A stretch of 61,147 bases of DNA, from positions 1 to 61,147 of IMG/VR virus record IMGVR_UViG_3300042472_000140. The stretch is one strand, 5' to 3'. The position numbers were made by a program, and so were the translations under genes. Positions within the stretch are counted from its first letter, which is position 1, and each line of letters starts with the position of its first letter. The DNA is from a virus (lineage: Duplodnaviria > Caudoviricetes). Below the pieces are notes generated by a model. The model saw nothing but the letters and a program-made list of their open reading frames with translations. It had not been told where the DNA came from and ran no database searches. Of this stretch, positions 7,611-15,110 are shown piece after piece.

Positions 7611-7784
7611 ATGGAAGAGACATTCAATTTAACAGCAACAGACACACGTGGGGACAACGTTCCTCACGTGGTGTTTACTGGCACAGCGCATGAATGTAAG
7701 GTAGCATTCATGTTCAAGTGTGCCTACTCTTTTCACAATCATAAGACGTTCAGTAGTGTTCACTATAACATCGTGAAGTCATGA
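7611..7784 (+). CDS. Small hypothetical protein (57 aa)
   Basis: Manual translation MEETFNLTATDTRG...; fills the gap in the operon. Confidence 0.55.
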   Translation: MEETFNLTATDTRGDNVPHVVFTGTAHECKVAFMFKCAYSFHNHKTFSSVHYNIVKS

Positions 7785-7869
7785 TAGTGTTTATCTTTGT
7801 ATTGAAGTACGCCATGTGGTTCATGGTGTTCTTGTTATCGGTAGATTATTTATCTAAAAAATTAAAGTG

Positions 7870-8073
7870 ATGAGCAGATTTATGTGTGCAGTAAGACCTT
7901 ACGGAACCTCAGAGGAGTGGGTGTTACAAGAGTTAGAAGGAAAGACAGACGAGATGAGAGCTATGGAGATTCACAGCTACTTAAAACGGATGGGCGTTAG
8001 TTATTACACGGTGACACACTACTCGGAGCGTAGTGTTATAGACATAGCAATTGAGGACATTTATTTAAATTAA
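7870..8073 (+). CDS. Early hypothetical protein
   Basis: ORF track (ATG 7870). Confidence 0.65.
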   Translation: MSRFMCAVRPYGTSEEWVLQELEGKTDEMRAMEIHSYLKRMGVSYYTVTHYSERSVIDIAIEDIYLN

Positions 8074-8078
8074 AAGAG

Positions 8079-8447
8079 ATGAAAGCAAATCCAGAATTTA
8101 AGGCAATTTATAATCCTTACAACAGACAGTTACTAGTGTCTTACGGTGACACAGTTACAGAGTACTTCTTCCAAGACGTTGAAGAGTGGGTAAAGATTAG
8201 TTTCAATGGAGACGATAATCACCCAAACTACTTACACGTTCAGTTAGACTATGACGAGTGTATGCAACTTATTTTCTATCCACGAGTAGATGGTAGTGAA
8301 GATTTAAATGAGCGTATTGGTACTTATTTTAATTCAGGAGATGATGATAACCCTGACAATATCACAATCATTCATACTGAAGAACAGTTGGAAGAAGCTA
8401 AAGAGAGAATATTCGGTTTAAAATATAATCAAACAACAATAGAATGA
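8079..8447 (+). CDS. Early hypothetical protein
   Basis: ORF track, operon context. Confidence 0.75.
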   Translation: MKANPEFKAIYNPYNRQLLVSYGDTVTEYFFQDVEEWVKISFNGDDNHPNYLHVQLDYDECMQLIFYPRVDGSEDLNERIGTYFNSGDDDNPDNITIIHTEEQLEEAKERIFGLKYNQTTIE

Positions 8448-8815
8448 AAAACTTACACGACTTCGTTGCGTCCATCGTTGAGAACGGTGGGGCAACATTT
8501 AACTTGGTAACGGGCACTAGTCCTACGACTGGCTTTGTGGTATCAGAGAGAGGATTTGAGGACATAACTCCAATCTTTGGTGACGACGTTACCAAGCAGA
8601 TAATCACGACGTATGCCGTATCAGAGTTCATCAAGAAGAACGGATTTGAGCTGAACAACCCTGAGAACTTCTTAGGCGGATGGATAGACGACGGTGAGCT
8701 GTTCTTGGACATCTCAAGGGTGTACGACAACGAGCACGACGCCTTGCGCATCGCAGTAGAGAACGGACAGAGGGCATACTATAGTATTGACAACGATAAA
8801 ACTACGGAGCTATGA
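8444..8815 (+). CDS. Hypothetical phage protein
   Basis: ORF track; GGAT...G-x-x-VS...LGGW...LDIS...Q-x-AYY pattern. Confidence 0.75.
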   Translation: MKNLHDFVASIVENGGATFNLVTGTSPTTGFVVSERGFEDITPIFGDDVTKQIITTYAVSEFIKKNGFELNNPENFLGGWIDDGELFLDISRVYDNEHDALRIAVENGQRAYYSIDNDKTTEL

Positions 8816-8958
8816 ACTTACGAGAGATAGACAGACTGATAGCACGTCTGAAGGAGAACACAGAAGATAACGCAGAGTTGATCAACTTCTATAACAAGAA
8901 GAGGACGGATCTGATGCACAAGATATGTGACGAACTAATAATAAAACTAGGACTATGA
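8812..8958 (+). CDS. Small hypothetical protein (48 aa)
   Basis: Manual translation; ATGA-coupled on both sides. Confidence 0.6.
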   Translation: MNLREIDRLIARLKENTEDNAELINFYNKKRTDLMHKICDELIIKLGL

Positions 8959-9113
8959 AGAGTGTAAAGAAGAACATTAGGATGGGAGGCATAGAGTATG
9001 CCCAAAGAATGAACGACGTGATGTTGCGAGACAACATTATATCGGACAAGATGTATACAGAGGCAAGGGAGTTCATGTATAGAGTACGAACTATGAATAT
9101 AAACAAGCTATGA
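8955..9113 (+). CDS. Small hypothetical protein (52 aa)
   Basis: Manual translation; ATGA-coupled on both sides. Confidence 0.6.
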   Translation: MKSVKKNIRMGGIEYAQRMNDVMLRDNIISDKMYTEAREFMYRVRTMNINKL

Positions 9114-9352
9114 GAAAGTTATTAAGTATAGTAATCCTATCGGTCGGACTGATGGGGTGCAAGAAAGAAGAGGTCACACCGAACAACACGTGTAACTGTG
9201 GAATAATAATGAACGACAGTGCGTCGAACTATTCGGTTGACATAAAGAACGACTGTAGTGGAAATGTTAAGACGTTTTATCTGAGCGAGGCTGACTGGAT
9301 GACGGCATACGTTGGGACGAATTTTTGCATAACTAATGTCGCAAATTGGTGA
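9110..9352 (+). CDS. Small lipoprotein
   Basis: Signal peptide with lipobox LMGC followed by KKEE; four further Cys. Confidence 0.8.
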   Translation: MRKLLSIVILSVGLMGCKKEEVTPNNTCNCGIIMNDSASNYSVDIKNDCSGNVKTFYLSEADWMTAYVGTNFCITNVANW

Positions 9353-9354
9353 TT

Positions 9355-9632
9355 AGTGTCGCTGTGTGTCGCTAGAATGTCGCTAGAAAAGTGCCTCAAT
9401 CCCTTTGTTTATCTACTTCTTTCTCTTTTTAGTGTTGCTGTGTAGTAAGAAGAGAAATAAAAATAAAAAAAGTAGTATTGAGTCCTATTATTGTAATAGG
9501 ACTCAATAAAAAATTTAAAAACTTTTTGACCTATTTTGCGACACAGCGACATTCACAGTCATTATTCGTTGACTGTCAATACGTTAACCTATGTTACTTA
9601 AACGAAGTTCACGACATTCTGCGACAGCGACC
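9355..9632. repeat. Origin-like element B, inverted relative to element A
   Basis: TGTCGC at 9357, 9367, 9378; perfect 15-bp hairpin 9476-9508 between A tracts; GCGACA at 9538, 9546, 9621; about 9413-9445 is a near reverse complement of about 2504-2536. Confidence 0.65.
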
Positions 9633-9692
9633 TTAAACTCAGGCAGTTATGATAAAGTATATTTTTATAGTGTTTTTGATGAATATTTCGAT

Positions 9693-9700
9693 TATATTTG
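9693..9700 (+). promoter_or_regulatory. -7 promoter element
   Basis: TATATTTG upstream of ORF 9780 and the tRNA-like cluster. Confidence 0.55.
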
Positions 9701-9779
9701 GCGTCGTGTATTCATCACCAATTTTTTGGTTAGGACTTGTGGTAGTCCTGCCGACGTTTAATTATTTAATAAAGAAGGT

Positions 9780-10181
9780 ATGAATGTAGGAGACGAGGTA
9801 ATAATAAGAAACCAGTTGGGAGGGCATCAGTTCTTCCTCAACGAGAAGGTCAGGATAACGGACGACATGGGTGGAGGTATATTCTATGCAACGAACGGGT
9901 ACTTCACGTGGGCTGTTCAGCTAGAGAACTTCGACGTGCTGATAGTCATGCCTAAGTTGAGGGCGTTCGTTGTGAAGCAGATGTCACCCAATTTTGGCAG
10001 GATAACAGACCAGTCTAACGGTAAACGTAGAGCTTTTGTTATTTTTAGTGATGACATGCTGAACGAAGCATCGATGATACTTTCAAAGATAGGTATAAAC
10101 ATTGTGTCTTACTCGTCACTAACTAAGGGCAGAGGTCTTCTGTTGAGCGACGACTTTGACACACCGATTCTTAATGTGTAG
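9780..10181 (+). CDS. Hypothetical protein (N-terminal SH3-like segment)
   Basis: ORF track. Confidence 0.7.
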   Translation: MNVGDEVIIRNQLGGHQFFLNEKVRITDDMGGGIFYATNGYFTWAVQLENFDVLIVMPKLRAFVVKQMSPNFGRITDQSNGKRRAFVIFSDDMLNEASMILSKIGINIVSYSSLTKGRGLLLSDDFDTPILNV

Positions 10182-10210
10182 GTAAGCTCCGACGGTAGGT
10201 TAAACCGTCA

Positions 10211-10286
10211 GCTAGTAGCTCAGTGGGGAGAGCGTGTTGTTTATAGGTTAGGCAACGAATGACGGGCGTTCAATTCGTCCCTAGCA
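10211..10286 (+). tRNA. tRNA-like RNA with short acceptor stem and aberrant anticodon arm (no anticodon assignable)
   Basis: D arm GCTC/GAGC; T arm GGGCG-TTCAATT-CGTCC; 5-bp acceptor GCTAG/CTAGC; 8-bp anticodon stem with 5-nt loop; no CCA. Confidence 0.55.
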
Positions 10287-10340
10287 AAAAGTCTTCGTCA
10301 AGACTAAAGCCATCGTGTATTGTGCACGATGGCTATAATT

Positions 10341-10460
10341 GGTTAGGTAGAGCAGTTGGTAGCTCGATTGGTGAGCAGTAAAAAGTATGGAGTAATTACC
10401 TGAGGATATACATTCAGTCTTGCCGATAGGTCGCATGTTCGAGTCATGCCCTAGCCACCA
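10341..10460 (+). tRNA. tRNA-like RNA (initiator-like body) with a 51-nt segment in place of the 7-nt anticodon loop
   Basis: Acceptor GGTTAGG/CCTAGCC plus ACCA; D arm GAGC-AGTTGGTA-GCTC; T arm GCATG-TTCGAGT-CATGC; anticodon stem ATTGG/CCGAT enclosing 10372-10422. Confidence 0.8.
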
Positions 10461-10489
10461 CATGTTTCATGTGTGTTTGGTTAATGTTG

Positions 10490-10522
10490 ATTGGAGGGGT
10501 GTGGTGTCCCTCCAATTATTTT
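10490..10522 (+). terminator. Intrinsic terminator after the tRNA-like cluster
   Basis: ATTGGAGGG/CCCTCCAAT stem followed by TATTTT. Confidence 0.65.
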
Positions 10523-10545
10523 AATGATTGTGAAACATAAATGAC

Positions 10546-10599
10546 TTATAACGTTTTGCAACTTGGCGCATTTTCAGTTGCGCTAAGGTGTGGTTATGC
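10546..10599. repeat. attC-like site 1
   Basis: TTATAAC...CTTGGCGCA/TGCGCTAAG...GTTATGC. Confidence 0.75.
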
Positions 10600-10623
10600 T
10601 TAGGTTTACATAAATAAAATAAT

Positions 10624-10794
10624 ATGACGAAGGATAAATTTATCGGTATGTATTTAGAACGTGAAATGAAAGACCACGGATTGCCTTATGGTTTGGCATA
10701 CTATAACTTACTTGAAGAAAAAACAGAAAAAGCAGAAAGGGCTTGGACAAGATTTTGCAAAAGATACGGAACTGCCAAAACTAAAGGTAAGTAA
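10624..10794 (+). CDS. Cassette 1 ORF, hypothetical (56 aa)
   Basis: Manual translation MTKDKFIGMYLEREMKDHGLPYG...; stop lies inside the arm preceding site 2. Confidence 0.7.
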   Translation: MTKDKFIGMYLEREMKDHGLPYGLAYYNLLEEKTEKAERAWTRFCKRYGTAKTKGK

Positions 10795-10800
10795 ACTTGA

Positions 10801-10896
10801 GCATAACGGTTGGGTATATGTGTTGTACGCCTAACCACTAACTTTAAAATTAAGTACGACACTTCATTGGCGTATAACATATATACCTTGTTATAA
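10801..10896. repeat. attC-like site 2
   Basis: GCATAAC...GGTATATGTGTTGTACGCC/GGCGTATAACATATATACC (19 bp, 2 G-T)...GTTATAA. Confidence 0.8.
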
Positions 10897-10917
10897 GCCG
10901 TTTTAAATTAAATAATT

Positions 10918-11073
10918 ATGGCAAAGAAAATGCAAAATTTACCAGAAGGAATGATACCTGATAGGGATAATGTCGTTTACTACGATACAGAGAAAGGACA
11001 GTTTTATATTATTAAGTGGGAAGATAGTGGGAACAATGACATCCCTATCAGACATTACATACCGAAGCCTTAA
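10918..11073 (+). CDS. Cassette 2 ORF, hypothetical (51 aa)
   Basis: Manual translation MAKKMQNLPEGMIPDRDNVVYYD...; stop abuts site 3. Confidence 0.7.
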   Translation: MAKKMQNLPEGMIPDRDNVVYYDTEKGQFYIIKWEDSGNNDIPIRHYIPKP

Positions 11074-11078
11074 ATGAC

Positions 11079-11177
11079 TTATAACGTTTTGCGGCTTTGT
11101 GTCTGTTTGCCCCTTGCACAATGCTTCAATTTACCACAAATGTTAATGAAGCAAATAGCACAAAACCGCTGTTAGCA
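11079..11177. repeat. attC-like site 3
   Basis: TTATAAC...GCGGCTTTGTGTCTGTTTGC/GCAAATAGCACAAAACCGC...GTTAGCA, with a bulged base. Confidence 0.8.
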
Positions 11178-11220
11178 GATGGCACGGTTTATTTAGTACA
11201 AATTTTAAATTGAAATACAA

Positions 11221-11784
11221 ATGAAAAAAATTAGCACATTATTTAAGAAAGACCCACAAGATTTGGGCAGAGTAATCAATGAAGTGAACCCTGAAAATGA
11301 GTGGGGGTTTACAGATGGAATACCAACACGAAAGTATGATGGAACTGCAACTGCTATAATTGATGGCGAACTTTACAAAAGATACGATGTGAAGAAAGGC
11401 AGACAAGTTCCTGATGGTGCAATACCTTGTCAAGAAGCTGATTTAATAACAGGACATCATCCACATTGGTTAAAATGTAGCCACGATAAAAACGAGGATA
11501 AATACTTTTTTGAAGGATTTAATTCACTTGCTGAACTTGGCACGGTTGAAGATGGTACTTATGAATTGATTGGTGAAAAAGTACAAGGCAACCCCGAAAA
11601 AATAGAAGGACATCATTTGGTAAAACACGGAGCAAAAGTTTTGCAAGGATTGATTAACCCAATGACATTTGAAAACTTAAAGGAATACTTGGAGAAAGTA
11701 GATATTGAGGGAATTGTATTTCATCATAAGTCCTATGGTCATATGTGTAAATTACGAAAATCTGATTTTGGAATACGGAGGTAG
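11221..11784 (+). CDS. Cassette 3 ORF: RNA-ligase-like nucleotidyltransferase (DUF5565/Rlig1-like)
   Basis: Ligase motifs I KYDG, III YELIG, IV EGIVF, V CKLR. Confidence 0.7.
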   Translation: MKKISTLFKKDPQDLGRVINEVNPENEWGFTDGIPTRKYDGTATAIIDGELYKRYDVKKGRQVPDGAIPCQEADLITGHHPHWLKCSHDKNEDKYFFEGFNSLAELGTVEDGTYELIGEKVQGNPEKIEGHHLVKHGAKVLQGLINPMTFENLKEYLEKVDIEGIVFHHKSYGHMCKLRKSDFGIRR

Positions 11785-11832
11785 TGCTTTCTGCTAACTA
11801 CTTGCTAACAGAACATTCAATAACACGAAACT

Positions 11833-12060
11833 ATGCGTATTACCTTAGATTTATATTGCAAGTACTGTATAAAATTTGCACCTAACTATGTGTTTACTAC
11901 GGATCCAAAGCTGTTGGTTAACATGAAGTCAGGTCGGGTAATCAAGCAGGTGATAAAGGGTAGCACGATAGGTTATATTATTAACAGTAAGTTTTATTCG
12001 TTAGCCAGACTACGTGAATGTCTGGAGGCAATACCAGTAAAAGAAACCTTACCATTTTAG
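11833..12060 (+). CDS. Hypothetical phage protein
   Basis: ORF track; C-terminal LPF. Confidence 0.65.
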   Translation: MRITLDLYCKYCIKFAPNYVFTTDPKLLVNMKSGRVIKQVIKGSTIGYIINSKFYSLARLRECLEAIPVKETLPF

Positions 12061-12062
12061 TT

Positions 12063-12227
12063 ATGTGGATATCCCCAATTTTATTCATACTGTCGGCATT
12101 ACTGATGGTATGGTCGACAGCCAGTGTAAGGATACACTGGTTGCATCAAATCATATGTGCGATATGTACCATGTCGCTAGTTATTAACTTATTCTTTAGC
12201 TTATGTTATTTCGTTTCGATAATTTAA
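12063..12227 (+). CDS. Small membrane protein
   Basis: ATG 12063; two hydrophobic segments. Confidence 0.55.
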   Translation: MWISPILFILSALLMVWSTASVRIHWLHQIICAICTMSLVINLFFSLCYFVSII

Positions 12228-12229
12228 AG

Positions 12230-12736
12230 ATGGACTACGTGAGAGTCGATCTAAGACCACTTGTTATAGTGGCACTACTGTTTGTATGTCTGACGGTCTT
12301 ACTATCTCTCAGACCTACCGAGGTAAAGACTAAGGTACGGTACGTAGAATCCGAGATGATTGTGAAGATTCAGGGCATCGAGTTTAGTCCTGAGAACTTG
12401 CGCAAGTACATTAAGTTGTGTGGTATAAAGTTTTCCGATATTGTGTATGCCCAGGCTGTGCTTGAGAGTGGAAACTTTAGGTCAACTAGGTTCCTAGAGA
12501 GCAACAATCTTTTCGGAATGAAGAGGGCGATGTCACGACCTACAACGGCACAGACCGAGTATGGTGGACACGGACGTTACGACAGCTGGTTGCTCAGCGT
12601 CCAAGATTATGCTCTATTTCAGAGTGCGTTCCTTAGGGATATAAAGACTGAGAAGGAATACCTAAAGTACTTGTCTGACAACTACGCAGAGGATCCAGAT
12701 TATATTAACAAGGTAATTAAAATAAGTAAGAGATGA
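12230..12736 (+). CDS. Membrane-anchored glucosaminidase (GH73/FlgJ-like peptidoglycan hydrolase)
   Basis: N-terminal TM; AQAVLESG, NNLFGMK and YAEDPDY motifs. Confidence 0.85.
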   Translation: MDYVRVDLRPLVIVALLFVCLTVLLSLRPTEVKTKVRYVESEMIVKIQGIEFSPENLRKYIKLCGIKFSDIVYAQAVLESGNFRSTRFLESNNLFGMKRAMSRPTTAQTEYGGHGRYDSWLLSVQDYALFQSAFLRDIKTEKEYLKYLSDNYAEDPDYINKVIKISKR

Positions 12737-13008
12737 AGAACATAGATAAAGCTATAATGCACTGCTACAGAGAGTTGTATGCGAACGCTACACCTCCAGC
12801 GTCGTTTGACGAGCTGTTGGAAAATGCGACGGTTAACGAGCAAGGACAGAAGGCTATACCGTTCTTAGACTACGAGATAGATCAGGACGTGTTTGAGGAT
12901 ATAGTTGCAGACACTATCAAGGTGTACAAGATCAACAGAAGTTATTTAAAGCAGTCGTTCAGGTTTACGATCCTGATGGGCTGTAGTCCTAAATTTAAAA
13001 AGTTATGA
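12733..13008 (+). CDS. Hypothetical protein
   Basis: Coupled ORF. Confidence 0.75.
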   Translation: MKNIDKAIMHCYRELYANATPPASFDELLENATVNEQGQKAIPFLDYEIDQDVFEDIVADTIKVYKINRSYLKQSFRFTILMGCSPKFKKL

Positions 13009-13202
13009 AGAAGGTAAAGGTAGAGATTAATGACTACACGTACGACTGTGCGGATGGGTGCTGTACAGATTTTGGAACAGAGGTGATTGTGAATGACGTA
13101 GATCTTGACTTAAATAACCAGGACGTTGGAACGATAGTAAGACGGATCTTAGAACACCTAGGGTATGAGGTAGAGTTAATAGAAACATATAAACATAATT
13201 AA
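13005..13202 (+). CDS. Hypothetical protein (CxDGCC motif)
   Basis: Coupled ORF. Confidence 0.7.
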   Translation: MKKVKVEINDYTYDCADGCCTDFGTEVIVNDVDLDLNNQDVGTIVRRILEHLGYEVELIETYKHN

Positions 13203-13341
13203 TATGAGCAAAGCAATAATAATATGCGCAATAGCAGTAGTTTTGATAATAATAAGCGCATTAGTTCATAAATATACTAGATTACAGTAAACCACTTAGT
13301 GTAAACAAAATCACACATAAACGGATTAAAACCGATTTACT

Positions 13342-13515
13342 ATGAAAAATATGACAGATGAAGAAAAAAAAGAAGAAGCTAAAAGAAGAGCTATAATCTT
13401 AATGACTTTAAAGGAAGGATATAAACCAAAAGATGAAGAGAAAATAATTAAGGTTAAAGAACCTAATAAAACTCCTAAGAATTATGGTAAGTTACTAAAT
13501 AAAAAAAAGTGGTAA
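13342..13515 (+). CDS. Small Lys-rich hypothetical protein
   Basis: Manual translation MKNMTDEEKKEEAKRR... in an AT-rich island. Confidence 0.5.
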   Translation: MKNMTDEEKKEEAKRRAIILMTLKEGYKPKDEEKIIKVKEPNKTPKNYGKLLNKKKW

Positions 13516-13517
13516 TT

Positions 13518-13772
13518 ATGAAAAAATCAGATGAGAAAAAACTACAGTCAGCTATTGAGGATATAATATGGATGGCTGCAAGATATGCACATGGAAGACA
13601 CACATACGCACCGTCTGTTGTGCGTGATTCAGTAGCTGTATTTAAAGATGTATTTCCAGACTTTAAAATAAAACAAGACCATGTAATTGAATCACCAGCT
13701 GATGATGAAATAGGAGGTATGTCCTTTAGAAGTGATTATTTAGATGATATTTTTAATAATAAAACATTATGA
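13518..13772 (+). CDS. Hypothetical protein
   Basis: ORF track (ATG 13518); WMAARYAHGRHTYAPS motif. Confidence 0.7.
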   Translation: MKKSDEKKLQSAIEDIIWMAARYAHGRHTYAPSVVRDSVAVFKDVFPDFKIKQDHVIESPADDEIGGMSFRSDYLDDIFNNKTL

Positions 13773-13984
13773 CACCAATAGATTTACTATTAGAAAGACT
13801 AGCAGAAAATGGAATCTTACATAGCTCAGATGTTGCAGAAGCTAATGAGTTATTTAAGCAACAGATTATAGATGCTTTCAATGCTGGTGATTTAGATTCT
13901 GATACTTATTTTATTCCATTCTTAAAAGAAAATGATGAATCAGAAAACTACTACAATGAAACCTTTAAAAACACGAAAGAATAA
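13769..13984 (+). CDS. Hypothetical protein
   Basis: ORF track; KQQIIDAF...YYNETF pattern. Confidence 0.7.
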   Translation: MTPIDLLLERLAENGILHSSDVAEANELFKQQIIDAFNAGDLDSDTYFIPFLKENDESENYYNETFKNTKE

Positions 13985-14119
13985 CACAAAATGTGTTACA
14001 CAAAATGTGTAATATAATATCAAAAAGTGCTGTATAATGCCTATTTTAATATTATAACCTACATTTAGCTAATATAATAGATAGATGTTATTTTTAACAG
14101 TTAATTAATTTAAGAACAT

Positions 14120-14281
14120 ATGATAATAACAATTTTAGTAGTAGTAATACTAGCCCTGGTATGGCTAGCAGTGATGAGTAAGCGGACGTTCGATCAGGCG
14201 GACGAGTTAGATAACCGAGAGATTAAGACGAGTAGGACGGTGTTCCCACCGAGTGGTAAGAAGGACTGGTATGGGTATTGA
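14120..14281 (+). CDS. Small membrane protein (53 aa)
   Basis: Manual translation MIITILVVVILALVWLAVM... Confidence 0.55.
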   Translation: MIITILVVVILALVWLAVMSKRTFDQADELDNREIKTSRTVFPPSGKKDWYGY

Positions 14282-14675
14282 GCAGATAATAGGCGACAAC
14301 CACCACATCTTTATGATTGTGAACAGAACGTACGAACAGTCTCACGCTCGGCACGTGGTCTACTACAAGGCTTACGAGCAATACAAGGGACCATCAAAGA
14401 TTATGAAGTACCTAAAGGATAGGTACAACTACAAGGCAAACCAGTCCACGATATATTATGCGTGGTATAAAATTAGAAACAAGATGAACGAGAAGACACC
14501 CAGTGAGTTTATTAAGATGAAGTACGGTAGCGACACCGTCAACGGCAAGGGAATCTACAAGTTGATGGACGAGTACGCTGCATATCAGCTGTCTCTTCAC
14601 ACAGAGCACCCGACCAACGTAAAGAGCGATAGGTTGGACATTAAGAACAAGATTAAAGAACTAAACGATAGATGA
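14271..14675 (+). CDS. Hypothetical protein
   Basis: ORF track 14253..14675; ATG at 14271. Confidence 0.65.
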   Translation: MGIEQIIGDNHHIFMIVNRTYEQSHARHVVYYKAYEQYKGPSKIMKYLKDRYNYKANQSTIYYAWYKIRNKMNEKTPSEFIKMKYGSDTVNGKGIYKLMDEYAAYQLSLHTEHPTNVKSDRLDIKNKIKELNDR

Positions 14676-15061
14676 AAGCCTGGAAAGATTTAACTAGCAA
14701 CAAAGACTTCACGATATGTACAACAAACAACAGCGAGTGGTACGTTAACTACGGAGTGAAGATAGAACGATTCGAGGATGGATCGTTCGAGGTTAAGAAC
14801 ACGATGACCAACTCTGACCACTACGAGGAGGTGACCGACGAACAACTGAATGTATTCTCAACGCATGGTTGGGAGGCTGGATGCTGTGACGTTAACGCAT
14901 CAGTGAACCTACGTAAGGCTAATAAGACCAAGTACTTGGCTGACCTTGCACTGTTCAATGGCAAGGAGTCACTTGCAGAGTCATTATTGGAATCCTATCA
15001 AAAACTTATTAACAAATACTACGATTACGATATTAGATTGAATAATCTGCTATCTTTGTAG
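14672..15061 (+). CDS. Hypothetical protein
   Basis: Coupled ORF. Confidence 0.75.
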   Translation: MKAWKDLTSNKDFTICTTNNSEWYVNYGVKIERFEDGSFEVKNTMTNSDHYEEVTDEQLNVFSTHGWEAGCCDVNASVNLRKANKTKYLADLALFNGKESLAESLLESYQKLINKYYDYDIRLNNLLSL

Positions 15062-15110
15062 TCCCCAAAATGGTGAGGGTATTCACCACTAACTCAATTA
15101 AATTAAATAA

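Larger units (their letters stand above)
10538..11812. mobile_element. Integron-like gene-cassette array (three cassettes, no integrase; CALIN-like)
   Basis: Three TAAC...GTTA hairpin sites alternate with single ORFs; the start and end of each cassette are mutually complementary over 14-17 nt. Confidence 0.8.

Noticed and set aside
10400-10418. CTGAGGA in the tRNA insert as a hammerhead core
   Set aside because: No GAAA or compatible stems II and III in either permutation.
10461-10522. Theta/HDV-like ribozyme after the tRNA-like RNA
   Set aside because: Only a simple hairpin and a terminator are visible; no nested double pseudoknot.
10538-11812. CRISPR array interpretation of the repeats here or at 2254/9355
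   Set aside because: Repeats are not identical with uniform 30-40 nt spacers; they flank whole genes or are 6-mers; no cas genes.
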